From positions 1,376,001-1,440,000 of the forward strand of contig OZ242260.1 of assembly GCA_965207065.1 (NCBI GenBank): a stretch of DNA of 64,000 nt, written 5' to 3'. The stretch's first letter is position 1, and every line of letters starts with the position of its first letter. The translations under genes and the position numbers were made by a program. Positions 48,663 through 58,423 of the stretch are shown here, piece after piece. This stretch comes from a bacterium (lineage in GTDB: Bacteria > UBA8248). The notes under the pieces were generated by a model. That model was not told where the DNA came from. It ran no database searches and saw only the letters and a program-made list of their open reading frames with translations.

Positions 48663-50872
48663 CAGCCCGACCTGACCAGCTTGTAGTACGCACCGTCCCG
48701 ATCCGCGATCAACTCGTCGTGGGTGCCGCGTTGCACGGTGACGCCTTTGTCGAGCACGATAATTTCATCGCAATCCCGCACGGTGCTCAGCCGGTGCGCC
48801 ACGATCAGGCAGGTGACGCCGCGCCGCCGCAGGGCTTCATCGACTAGTTCCTCCGTTACGGCATCGAGTGCGCTGGTGGCCTCGTCCAGAATGAGCACCG
48901 TCGGATTGCCCACCAGCGCACGGGCGATTTCCAGGCGTTGCTGCTGGCCGCCGCTGAAATTCGCGCCGCCTTCTTCGACGAGGGTCGAGTACCCTTGCGT
49001 TCGAAGCAGGATTTCGTCATGGATTTGGGCATCCCGTGTGGCGGCGAAGAGGACTTCATCCGGGACGGCCGGGTTCCACAACGTGATGTTGTCGCGCAGG
49101 GACGCGGAAAAGAGCACGATCTCCTGGTCCACCATGGATATGGACTGCCGCAGCACTTCCTCTGGAATCTGATCCCGCAGATGATCATCAAACAGGATTT
49201 CGCCCGACCAGGGCGGATAGACACCCGATACCAGCCGCGCCAGTGTCGACTTGCCGGAACCGCTTGGACCGACCACGGCAACGCGCTGCCCCGGCTTGAT
49301 CACGAGGTTGAAGTCCTTTATCAAAGGTGGCCGGCTCTTGTTGAAACCGAAGGTGAGGTTTCGCAGTTCGAGCTGGCCTGCAAGCTGGAGCCGACCGTTG
49401 AACGTGGGGATTGACTCCGGTTCCGGATTTCGGCGACTGAAAACGGGGTCTTCATCGGTTTTGGAGATGTCCTCGAGACGTTGCATATCGGTTTCGAGCG
49501 CCTGGCGGTTTTCGGCAAACTCCAAAAAACGCCTGACGGGGGCCAGAAACATCTCGGCCAGGATGTAGAACCCGACCAGCGTCCCCAGGGTCATTTCTCC
49601 GGTCATGACCAAACCGCCCCCGATGCCGAGAATCGCCGCGCTGCGGAGCGCGTCGACCAGCCCCGGAAGCGAGGTGCTGATGGAGCCCAGTTCGGAATAG
49701 AGCTGGCGCGCACGCAACTCACGCGCCTGTTGACCGCTCCAGCGCGAAAAGAAACGGTCATCCGATCCCGTCATGCGCAGATTGTCGGAATGACTCAGCA
49801 TCTGCATGCCGAGGCCGATCAGCAGTCCCTGCTCGCGCCTCATCGCCTGGCTTCGGACAGCCCGAAGGGCGTTGAGAAAGTGGGCTAGCATTCCGTGCAG
49901 AAGGGCCAGCAAAAGCACGATCAGCGTGAGCAGGATATCGTAGGCGAACATCGCCATGAGCAACACCACGCTCATCGCCATGTCGATAATGAGAACCAGA
50001 AACTGGTCCGCCAGATTCCTGGCGATTCTGTCGGTGGACGAGACCCGGTCGGTCAGGTCGCCCGCCAGTCTGTGTTCGAAAAACTCCACCGGCAACCGCA
50101 GCAGACGTGACACGCTGCGACTGAAGCCAATCACCGATACCCGGACGGCGAGCCGCTTGAGGAATCGGTGCTTGAACAGGGACAGGACGTATACCAGGAG
50201 GCCGCCGCCGAGCAAGGCGGTCACCAATCCGCCCCAGGATCCGTGTTTTTCGATGACATCGTCGACGAAAACACCGAGAGATGCGGGAATAATCAACGTC
50301 AATAGCGTCAGCATGAGTCCGCAGGCAATCACCCCGGTAAGCAAATTCCATGATCCGGCGAGCAGGGCGCCCAATTGCCTGAACAAGTCGGGCCGCTCGC
50401 CCCCGGGCTTGAAATCAGCGCCGCGCTTGAAGCGAAGCGCAATGCCGCTGTAGTCCTTGTAGAACTCTTCGGCGGAAATCCTGCGCCGCCCCGTGGAAGG
50501 GTCATTGAGATGGAAATGACGGCCATCGAATCCATCGAGGACGACGAAATGGCTGAATTGCCAGAACAGAATCAAAGGCAACTGCAGCATTTTCAGTTGA
50601 TCGGCGCGTGCGCTGAGCCCGCTGCATTCGAGGCCATAGTGTCGGGAGGCGCGCAAGATGCTTGCGGCGCTGCTGCCGTCCCGGCTCACCTCGCATTTTT
50701 CGCGCAATTCGGTAAGCGGCACCCATCGCCCGAAGTAGGCCAGTACGATGCCGAGACAGGCGGCGCCGCATTCCGACGCGTGCATCTGCAACAGAATCGG
50801 TGTGGTCACCTTCCGTTTCGATACGTCCGAAGAGGCCTTGTCCCCGGCGTCTTTGGAAGCGGCCGTCGGCAT
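48662..50872 (-). CDS. NHLP bacteriocin export ABC transporter with C39 peptidase domain
   Basis: QMHASECGAACL, HFVV, LNDP catalytic motifs; GPSGSGKST, FSGGQQQR. Confidence 0.93.
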   Translation of the reverse strand: MPTAASKDAGDKASSDVSKRKVTTPILLQMHASECGAACLGIVLAYFGRWVPLTELREKCEVSRDGSSAASILRASRHYGLECSGLSARADQLKMLQLPLILFWQFSHFVVLDGFDGRHFHLNDPSTGRRRISAEEFYKDYSGIALRFKRGADFKPGGERPDLFRQLGALLAGSWNLLTGVIACGLMLTLLTLIIPASLGVFVDDVIEKHGSWGGLVTALLGGGLLVYVLSLFKHRFLKRLAVRVSVIGFSRSVSRLLRLPVEFFEHRLAGDLTDRVSSTDRIARNLADQFLVLIIDMAMSVVLLMAMFAYDILLTLIVLLLALLHGMLAHFLNALRAVRSQAMRREQGLLIGLGMQMLSHSDNLRMTGSDDRFFSRWSGQQARELRARQLYSELGSISTSLPGLVDALRSAAILGIGGGLVMTGEMTLGTLVGFYILAEMFLAPVRRFLEFAENRQALETDMQRLEDISKTDEDPVFSRRNPEPESIPTFNGRLQLAGQLELRNLTFGFNKSRPPLIKDFNLVIKPGQRVAVVGPSGSGKSTLARLVSGVYPPWSGEILFDDHLRDQIPEEVLRQSISMVDQEIVLFSASLRDNITLWNPAVPDEVLFAATRDAQIHDEILLRTQGYSTLVEEGGANFSGGQQQRLEIARALVGNPTVLILDEATSALDAVTEELVDEALRRRGVTCLIVAHRLSTVRDCDEIIVLDKGVTVQRGTHDELIADRDGAYYKLVRSG

Positions 50873-50873
50873 C

Positions 50874-51425
50874 TTATGATCGCCTCATTCGAAACAGCGT
50901 GATCGGAGATTGCCTGCCGAGCTCGATGACGAACCGGCATTTCCTGCCCTTCAGGGAATCCGAATCCACACTTTCTTCGAGCGCGATATCGACGCGGAGC
51001 AGGGACACCGGCGCCGCGGACTCAAACGCCGCCTGCCCCCCGGAGAAAGGCACGGCGGAAATCGCCCTGACCTTTCCGGCAAGCGCGCCTGTTTTTCCGT
51101 CCGCCGTATCCGGCTCTATCACCACCGGCATCCCGGCCTCGATACGTGGAGCGATATCGCTGTCGACCCAGACGAGGGCCCGCACGGACCGGCCGCCCCC
51201 GGGCGAGTTTTCGCCTTGCTCGACCACTACGCCGTCCACCGCGAGACTACGGGCCACGCTGCCAAAGAAGAGCCATGCACAGAGGATGCACAGAACAAGA
51301 GCGATTGCGGCGACAAGCAGACGCTCCCGCGGCGTTGAAATCGTCAGCAACCGGTCGAGTTGCTCGCGTTCTTCCTTCGCTTCGGCGACAATATTATGAA
51401 AAGAATCGAATGGATTATTGAACAC
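50874..51425 (-). CDS. Short NHLP secretion (HlyD-like) accessory protein
   Basis: EQLDRLLTISTPRE + TM helix, C-terminal QSPITL; much shorter than a typical membrane fusion protein. Confidence 0.65.
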   Translation of the reverse strand: MFNNPFDSFHNIVAEAKEEREQLDRLLTISTPRERLLVAAIALVLCILCAWLFFGSVARSLAVDGVVVEQGENSPGGGRSVRALVWVDSDIAPRIEAGMPVVIEPDTADGKTGALAGKVRAISAVPFSGGQAAFESAAPVSLLRVDIALEESVDSDSLKGRKCRFVIELGRQSPITLFRMRRS

Positions 51426-51857
51426 GACGGCAGGGCAACCCTCTCGTTGTAATCAAGCAAGGTAAAAAAACATCATACCATCCGGTAAAAAGAAATGTAA
51501 TTCCACACAATCCGGCTCAAGAATCGTCGGCGTTTGGGAAGCAGTGGATTTCCGATGGGCGGAACAGGCCGTTCGTTTACTCGTTTTCGGAATCAGTTGC
51601 TCCGGGGAGCCGGCCACGAACCGCCCGCGCCTCTCGCGCCGCAACATTTCTCGAGGTCGCCCTCACGGCGACTGACATACAAAATCACAGGGCGGGGAAT
51701 TTTTCAACGGCCTTGTTTGGACGCCCTGCGCAGCAGGCAGACGATCTTCTCCGGTTTGCAGAACTTTCCCGTCATCCTCGGTCCAGCATTTGCGAACCCG
51801 GGGGAACCGATCCTACGGCGCGGAATCAACCTTCGTGAAACTTTACGGACCCGGCGC

Positions 51858-53150
51858 CTAGCAGCTCAGCCCCTGGGACATCTGGCAATAACTGGAGAGA
51901 GGGAAAAACGCCAACGTCCGATTCCAGTCCGATTTGTCAATGACCGACTGGTTCATCAGTTCGATCATTTCGTCGAATTTGCGGAGCGCGTCGCAATCCA
52001 CCACCTCGGGATCCACCACCTTGCGGTGTCGAGGCCAGGCGTTGTCTCGAGCGTGGCGCCAGAATCCGCTGTCGTATCTGGAGCCACAGGAATAGTGCCA
52101 ACCGACGAATAAGCCGAAGCAGAGCATGGTATTGGTGAGGAATCGATTGACCACCAGAGCATCGCGTTCGAGATATTCTACCGAACGGTTAAGGCGTAAA
52201 TGGAGAACCATCCCGACCTCTACCTGTGCGGATACGATCGCCGTTGCTTCGAGGGGTTCCATGAAGGCGGCTGCGTTGCCGATGCGAGCCACCGCGCCAT
52301 CGTACATGTGACGATGGATAAAATTGGGAAACGGAATGACGGCGCGCTGCTCGAACTCCGATACGCCATCGGTCTCGAGGAAAGCGTCGAAATCCGATTC
52401 GACTTCGTCGAGGCCGGATACGTCGCGGTTGAAGATGTACCCGTAGGATGTGTGCGCTGTAAGCGGAATAACGACTATCCAACCGTGCGGACGCGCAACC
52501 GCGCGGGTATAGGTAGGTTGCAGAAACGGGCCGTCCTGCTCTTTTTTGACGATTGCAGGGCAGCGGCGGATGACGGCCGTATTCGTGGGGATGAAAGAGA
52601 GGTCGATGTGCCGGTCCGGGTCTAGTTCTGCGGGAAAGCCCCGGGCATCAAAGACCAAATCGTAGCGTTCCGCCGGCCGGCCCTCGAATTCCACTTGCGC
52701 GCCGCCTTCCACCCTGGTGATACCGGTTACTTTCGCGTCGATGCGGCTCGCGCGCGTGCTTTCATGCAGCAGGTCCGCCATCAAGTCGACGGACAGATGG
52801 TAGGCGTAGGACACCTGTTGCGGCGTGAAATAGTGGGTGAAGTCGCGATTGCGCCGACCCCATCCCTCGAATGTTACACCGTACTTGCGCGTTCCTTTCA
52901 GGCGCTGCTGGACTGTTTCATGGGGAAGATTCGTAAGTTGACACAAATCCTGCACGAGACTCGGCCAGCTGCCTTCGCCTACTCCGAGGGCCGGGATGCG
53001 CGAATCATAGATGTGATGCAGCTCGTGGTCGCTCTCGGGTAGAAGACGAGTCACATTGGCGGCCGCAAGGGACCCTGCGGTTCCCCGCCCGACAACCGCG
53101 ATCTTCCGTAATGATTTAGCGCCCGGCTGTATCATCCTACTCACTTTCAC
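51858..53150 (-). CDS. srpI: Flavin-dependent tryptophan halogenase family protein (peptidyl-Trp brominase-like)
   Basis: VVGRGTAG, GVGEGS, TRKYGVTFEGW (catalytic Lys), GWIVVIPL, IGNAAAFMEPLEATAI. Confidence 0.85.
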   Translation of the reverse strand: MKVSRMIQPGAKSLRKIAVVGRGTAGSLAAANVTRLLPESDHELHHIYDSRIPALGVGEGSWPSLVQDLCQLTNLPHETVQQRLKGTRKYGVTFEGWGRRNRDFTHYFTPQQVSYAYHLSVDLMADLLHESTRASRIDAKVTGITRVEGGAQVEFEGRPAERYDLVFDARGFPAELDPDRHIDLSFIPTNTAVIRRCPAIVKKEQDGPFLQPTYTRAVARPHGWIVVIPLTAHTSYGYIFNRDVSGLDEVESDFDAFLETDGVSEFEQRAVIPFPNFIHRHMYDGAVARIGNAAAFMEPLEATAIVSAQVEVGMVLHLRLNRSVEYLERDALVVNRFLTNTMLCFGLFVGWHYSCGSRYDSGFWRHARDNAWPRHRKVVDPEVVDCDALRKFDEMIELMNQSVIDKSDWNRTLAFFPLSSYCQMSQGLSC

Positions 53151-53508
53151 AAGTATCGGTGCATCGCAGGTAAAGTACCATATCCTTTTGAATATAGATG
53201 AAATTGCGGATATGAGCCATTATTAAATCCGGCGCATGGCCGTCGGTAATCAGGCATGGATGGGCAAAGATGGATGCCCGCTAGAATGCTAGCGGTTTCA
53301 CCGGAGAGTTCGGCGCAATGCGATCCGGTTCTTTCGGACGTGGACGGACCGTTTCATGCAGGCATGTCTTCGAACGATTCGGAGTCCGTGGTTACGTGTT
53401 TCCCGGTTCCTGGATAATTCGGTAAATATCGATAAATTCACGGGGTATTCCGATAAAAAAGTGCAAATTTATCTTATTGTTATTTAACAGATTATGCCAT
53501 TTTACGGC

Positions 53509-53895
53509 TTATTCGGGGCGCAGCAGGCTTTTGGCCTTATCCCCTTCCGGCGTCACGGCCAGCACCTCGAGACTCGGCCGCGCGGGGCTCCTCGTGAGGA
53601 GGAGTTCCACGGGCTCGTCGAGCGCCATGATCTCGTGCACCTCGCCGGGGCGGAACTGCACCAGATCCCCCGGCGCGGCTTCCAGAATCTCTCCTTCCAC
53701 GGCGATGCGGAGCCCGCCCTTCAGGAGATAGAGGAACTGCTCGTCATGGTGATAATGCGGGTTGGAATGGCCCCTCGCCTCCATGCGGAAATATCCGATG
53801 GTGGTGTGAGCGCCATCGACCCACGCGGCGTCTGCGGTCACGTAGTCGGCGGCCTTTCCCTGGTTCTGAGCGGCGAGATTTCTGTAAATCGGCAT
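53509..53895 (-). CDS. Cupin domain protein
   Basis: HSNPHYHHDEQFLYLLKG, PGDLVQFRPGEVH. Confidence 0.85.
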   Translation of the reverse strand: MPIYRNLAAQNQGKAADYVTADAAWVDGAHTTIGYFRMEARGHSNPHYHHDEQFLYLLKGGLRIAVEGEILEAAPGDLVQFRPGEVHEIMALDEPVELLLTRSPARPSLEVLAVTPEGDKAKSLLRPE

Positions 53896-54046
53896 GGAAT
53901 GAACTCCTGTAGATGAGGTGATGACCGAAGATGGAACCTCAGGCGTATTCTAACGGCATGGACTCGCAATCTGTCCAGCCCCCATGTATATTTGTGCGGC
54001 AAAACAGGCGTTTCCCTCACTTCAAAAAGTTATTCGGAGGCATTTC

Positions 54047-55081
54047 GTGAGCGCCCCATCGGTGGATGAATTCGAGTATTTCTTCGATAAACCCTGGTCG
54101 GACGGCCTGCCGGTCATCCCCCCGACGGAAGAGCGTCTGGGCCAAATGCTTGCAGGAACGAGCCGTGATCCGGACGAAGTAATCGGCGACGTACCTCCGT
54201 TACTGGCGCAGGCGGACGTTCGGACCATTGCCGTTCATGCCATTATGGCAGGGTGCAAGCCGGCGTATATGCCCGTTCTCATCGGGGCCGTGGAAGCCAT
54301 TCTGGAGGAAAAGTTCAACGTGGGCGGCGTGCAGGCGACGCTCTCTTGCGCTGCTCCACTTTTGATAGTTAACGGCCCTTACGCCAGGGAAATCGGTTTA
54401 CACGGCGGGCTGGGCTGTTTCGGCCCCGGGAATCGCGCCAACGCGACGATTGGCCGCGCCATCAGGCTTTTGCTCCTCAATATCGGCGGCGGAATTCCGG
54501 GTATCACCTCGATGAGCACGTTCTCGCAACCGGGGAGGTTCACGTACTGTATCGCCGAAAATGAAGCGGAAAGCCCCTGGGAGTCTCTCGCTCAGACGAA
54601 TGGTTTTGATGCGGAGGATAACGTTGTCACCGCCGTGCATGTGGAAGGTCCCGTCATGTCCTGGGATGACGTGAGCGACGACCCCGAGCGGATGTTGCCC
54701 TCCATCGCGGACACCATGTCGCATCTGGGTTCGTGGAATTGTTGGGCCAGCACCGATTTGGTGGTCGCGATGAGCCCGCAGCAGGCCGCGATTTGCGCAA
54801 AGAGGGGGTATTCAAAGGCGGATGTCCATGGACGCCTTTGCGAAATCGCAGGCCGTTCGGTGGGCGAACTCAAAACGGGAGGTCATTTCCGGGAAAATCG
54901 TATTCAGGATTTTCCGATCCCCGTCGATCTGGATGATGACGATGCGTTTGTTCCGACGATTAAAGAAGCCCGGAGACTGCTCTTGATCGTGGCGGGCGGG
55001 GTTCCGGGGCCGATAACGGCCGTGATGCACGGCTGGAACGGCAGCAGCCGTTCGGTTTCTCGCGCATTTGAATCGTCATGA
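54047..55081 (+). CDS. UGSC-associated large-domain protein, tandem paralog 1
   Basis: WSDGLPVIPPT, AIMAGCKP, GCFGPGNRANATIGRA, ENEAESPW; GTG start after GGAGG. Confidence 0.82.
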   Translation: MSAPSVDEFEYFFDKPWSDGLPVIPPTEERLGQMLAGTSRDPDEVIGDVPPLLAQADVRTIAVHAIMAGCKPAYMPVLIGAVEAILEEKFNVGGVQATLSCAAPLLIVNGPYAREIGLHGGLGCFGPGNRANATIGRAIRLLLLNIGGGIPGITSMSTFSQPGRFTYCIAENEAESPWESLAQTNGFDAEDNVVTAVHVEGPVMSWDDVSDDPERMLPSIADTMSHLGSWNCWASTDLVVAMSPQQAAICAKRGYSKADVHGRLCEIAGRSVGELKTGGHFRENRIQDFPIPVDLDDDDAFVPTIKEARRLLLIVAGGVPGPITAVMHGWNGSSRSVSRAFESS

Positions 55082-55104
55082 TATCCACTTCTTTCAATGG
55101 GTGA

Positions 55105-56139
55105 ATGGCTTTGAGCGAACCTCTGGATGAATTCGAGTTTTTTCTGGAAAAACCCTGGTCGGACGGCTTGCCCGTCGTTACCCCGACCGAAGAGCGCATT
55201 GAGCGCATGCTCTCGGGCACGAAGAGAAGTCCAAGCGAGTTCATAGGTCTCGTTCCTCCGGCCATGGGCGAGGCCACGGTCCATAGTGTGGCGGTCCATG
55301 CGGTAATGGCCGGCTGCAAGCCCGAGTATTTGCCGATCGTTCTCGGCGCCACCTCCCTTATGCTTCGCGATGAGTTCAACACGAACGGCGTGCAGGGCAC
55401 GATGCACGGCGTAGCGCCCCTCATGATCGTTAACGGCCCCTATTCCGAGCAAATCGGGGTTCACGGAGGAAATGGCTGCTTTGGCCCCGGCTTCAGATCC
55501 AACGCTTCCATCGGCCGCGCCATTCGCCTGATTCTGATGAACCTGGGCGGGGGCATTCCGGGTGTTTCTTCCATGACGATTTTCGGCACGCCGCTGCGCT
55601 ATACCGCGTGCGTAACGGAGAACCTTCAGTTTCATCCCTGGGAGACGCTCGCTGAATCCAGAGGATACGGATCGGATGAAAATGTGATCACCATGGCCAT
55701 GGTGGAAAGTCCGCGCCTGACCTTCGATGACGTAAGCGAGGAGCCCGAAAGGCTGCTCCGGGGAATCGCCGATGCGATGACGGGCCTGGGCTCATGGAAC
55801 ATGCACGCGCCCAGGACCGATATGGTCGTCGCCATGAATCCCCAGCATGCGAAAATTTGTTCCGAGGGCGGTTTTACTCGCTCGGACGTGCATCGGCGTC
55901 TTTGCGAATTGGCGGGCCACAAGGTGAAGGATCTGAAGCGGGGCGGCAACTGGCGGCGCGAGCGCGCGCTGGATATGTATATTCACGTAGACCCCGATGA
56001 CGATGAATTTTTCGTTCCCGTCATCAAGGACCCCCGTGATCTCCACTTGATCGTTGCGGGCGGCTGGGGATCGGGGAGTGCGGTCTGCCACGGCTGGAGC
56101 GGTGGCAGCCGCGCCGTTCATGGGGCCTATGAAGTGTAG
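55105..56139 (+). CDS. UGSC-associated large-domain protein, tandem paralog 2
   Basis: WSDGLPVVTPT, AVMAGCKP, GCFGPGFRSNASIGRA. Confidence 0.82.
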   Translation: MALSEPLDEFEFFLEKPWSDGLPVVTPTEERIERMLSGTKRSPSEFIGLVPPAMGEATVHSVAVHAVMAGCKPEYLPIVLGATSLMLRDEFNTNGVQGTMHGVAPLMIVNGPYSEQIGVHGGNGCFGPGFRSNASIGRAIRLILMNLGGGIPGVSSMTIFGTPLRYTACVTENLQFHPWETLAESRGYGSDENVITMAMVESPRLTFDDVSEEPERLLRGIADAMTGLGSWNMHAPRTDMVVAMNPQHAKICSEGGFTRSDVHRRLCELAGHKVKDLKRGGNWRRERALDMYIHVDPDDDEFFVPVIKDPRDLHLIVAGGWGSGSAVCHGWSGGSRAVHGAYEV

Positions 56140-56180
56140 CGCCGGAATCTCCACGACAGTCAGAGTGGTATCAGATTTCT

Positions 56181-57197
56181 ATGGATGAATTCGAATTTTT
56201 CTTTCAAAAATCCTGGTCGGACGGCCTGCCGGTAATCCCACCAACCCAGGAACGGATGGCCGCCATGCTCTCGGGCACGAGACTCGGGGCTTCCGAAATC
56301 ATTGGCCTGGTGCCGCCCCTCATGGGGGAGGCCGGCGTCGAAGCGGTTGCCGCGCACGCCGTGATGGCGGGGTGTGAACCTTCGTATATGCCTGTCGTCA
56401 TTGCTGGGCTTAGAGCGCTTCTTGCGCCGGAACTCAACTTGAACGGCGTACAGGGCACCATGCACAGCGCAGCCCCTCTAATCATCGTGAATGGTCCATA
56501 TGCGAAAATAATCGGACTGCATGGCGGAACGGGATGCTTTGGTCCGGGATTTCGGGCGAATGCGACAATCGGCCGCGCCATCCGGCTTATTCTCATGAAC
56601 CTGGGCGGCGGTGTGCCGGTTTTCGCCTCGATGAGCACGTTCGGTTCACCTGCCAGATATACGTTTTGTATCACCGAGAATGAAGCGGAAAGTCCCTGGG
56701 AGCCGTTGTCCGTCGCGCGAGGGTTTCATCGGGATGACGATGTTGTAACCGCCGTGATGACGGAAGCGCCTCAAGGATATATCGATGATTATTCCAAGGA
56801 CCCGGAATCTTTTTTTGTGGGCTTGGCGGATAAAGTATCCACCCTGGGCTCGCTGAACATCTGGCTGAAAACCCAGGTGGTCGTTGCTTTGGGTCCGGAT
56901 CATGCGCGCATGTGCGCAGCGGCTGGTTTGAGCAAGGAAGATGTTCATCGCCGGATTATGGAACTTGCGTGTAGACCCCTGGGAGAGCTGAAAAAATCGG
57001 GCTATTGGCGAGAGGAGATGATAGCCAAGTGGCCATTTCACGTGGCCCTGCAGGATGATTCTTTTATGGTACCGGCGATCAAGGATGAAGACGATTTGAT
57101 ACTTCTCGTCGCAGGGGGTACGCCCGGACCGGTTACGTTCGTCATGCCCGGCTGGGTGGACGGCAGCGAGGCGGTATCGGCGGACTATCAACCATAA
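56181..57197 (+). CDS. UGSC-associated large-domain protein, tandem paralog 3
   Basis: WSDGLPVIPPT, AVMAGCEP, GCFGPGFRANATIGRA. Confidence 0.82.
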   Translation: MDEFEFFFQKSWSDGLPVIPPTQERMAAMLSGTRLGASEIIGLVPPLMGEAGVEAVAAHAVMAGCEPSYMPVVIAGLRALLAPELNLNGVQGTMHSAAPLIIVNGPYAKIIGLHGGTGCFGPGFRANATIGRAIRLILMNLGGGVPVFASMSTFGSPARYTFCITENEAESPWEPLSVARGFHRDDDVVTAVMTEAPQGYIDDYSKDPESFFVGLADKVSTLGSLNIWLKTQVVVALGPDHARMCAAAGLSKEDVHRRIMELACRPLGELKKSGYWREEMIAKWPFHVALQDDSFMVPAIKDEDDLILLVAGGTPGPVTFVMPGWVDGSEAVSADYQP

Positions 57198-57232
57198 GCC
57201 TTCCTGCCAGGCTTGCTTTTGAGGATGAACGC

Positions 57233-58252
57233 ATGGATGAGTTTGAGTTTTTCTTTGATAAAGAATGGTCGGACGGCCTGCCTGTCGTGACCCCGACGGA
57301 AGAGAGGATTGGTCCGATGCTCTCGGGCACGAGGAGGGAGCCGGGCGAAGTACTCGGCCACGTGGCTCCGGCGGGCGGGGAACTCAGTATACAAGGGGTG
57401 GCGGCCCACGCCGTGATGGCGGGTTGTAAGCCTGAATACATGCCGGTGCTGATAGCCGGCCTGGAAGCGCTTCTCGATGAGCGTTTTAACGTAAATCTGA
57501 TTCAGGCCACGACGAGCGCGGGCGCTCCTTTTCTGTTGGTGAATGGTCCTTATGCAAGGGAAATCGGGCTGCACGGGGGCGTAGGCTGCATGGGACCCGG
57601 CTACCGCGCGAACCTGACCATCGGCCGCGCCGTCAGGCTCATCATGATGAATGTGGGAGGAGGCATTCCCGGAATCACCTGTCTCGGCGGTTTCGGAGGT
57701 CCCTGGCGAAGCACTTTTTGCATCATGGAGAACGAGGAGGAATCCCCTTGGGAGTCGTATGCGGAATCGAAAGGGTATTCCAGGAGCGATAACGTGGTGA
57801 CCATGATTCCTCTCGAAGGTCCGGTGCAGGTATGGGACGATGCGAGTCTGACTCCTGACCGGCTCCTGACGACGGTTGCCGATATGATGTCGGCATTGGG
57901 CGGTCCCAATATGTATCGGCAAGCGGATATGGCGGTTGTCCTGGGTGCGCAACATGCGCATCTGTGCGCCGACGCCGGGCTGACCCGCAGCGATGTCCAT
58001 CAAAAATTATTGGAAACGGGTGGGCGTACTATCGGGGATATCAAGCGCGGCGGCATCTGGCGAGGCGAGAAAGGCGCGGATCGCTGGCCATTTCCCGTGG
58101 ATGTGAATGATGATGATTTTTTTGTGCCTTCGGTCGGGGAGCCCGACGATCTTCATTTGATCGTCGCGGGGAGCAGGGGTTCACCTTCCAGCATGGTCAT
58201 GCACGGAATTACCGTGGCGTGTCGGGCTGTGACTAAAAAATTTGACGTGTGA
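57233..58252 (+). CDS. UGSC-associated large-domain protein, tandem paralog 4
   Basis: WSDGLPVVTPT, AVMAGCKP, GCMGPGYRANLTIGRA. Confidence 0.82.
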   Translation: MDEFEFFFDKEWSDGLPVVTPTEERIGPMLSGTRREPGEVLGHVAPAGGELSIQGVAAHAVMAGCKPEYMPVLIAGLEALLDERFNVNLIQATTSAGAPFLLVNGPYAREIGLHGGVGCMGPGYRANLTIGRAVRLIMMNVGGGIPGITCLGGFGGPWRSTFCIMENEEESPWESYAESKGYSRSDNVVTMIPLEGPVQVWDDASLTPDRLLTTVADMMSALGGPNMYRQADMAVVLGAQHAHLCADAGLTRSDVHQKLLETGGRTIGDIKRGGIWRGEKGADRWPFPVDVNDDDFFVPSVGEPDDLHLIVAGSRGSPSSMVMHGITVACRAVTKKFDV

Positions 58253-58375
58253 AAAATTTCTTTTCCGGGTGGGTTCGGAGCGTAGGCTGGATTTTGCATT
58301 CAGTATCAAATTCGAAGGCAGAATCTATCTCATCTTAATTTGTTAAAGTTGGAATGTTTTAGTGCGCTTCTTTAC

Positions 58376-58409
58376 AAAAGAGCCCCGGCATTATTGCCGG
58401 GGCTCTTTT
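58376..58409. terminator. Bidirectional rho-independent terminator
   Basis: AAAAGAGCCCCGGCA ttat TGCCGGGGCTCTTTT between convergent genes. Confidence 0.85.
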
Positions 58410-58423
58410 GTGATCGACGCTTG

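Noticed and set aside
36754-53150. RiPP cluster as an island integrated at tRNA-Ser
   Set aside because: The cluster lies on the 5' side of the tRNA; I saw no integrase and no duplicated tRNA 3' end.
54047-58252. Tandem paralogs as an assembly duplication artefact
   Set aside because: The four copies are clearly diverged in protein and DNA sequence, and each is an intact ORF.
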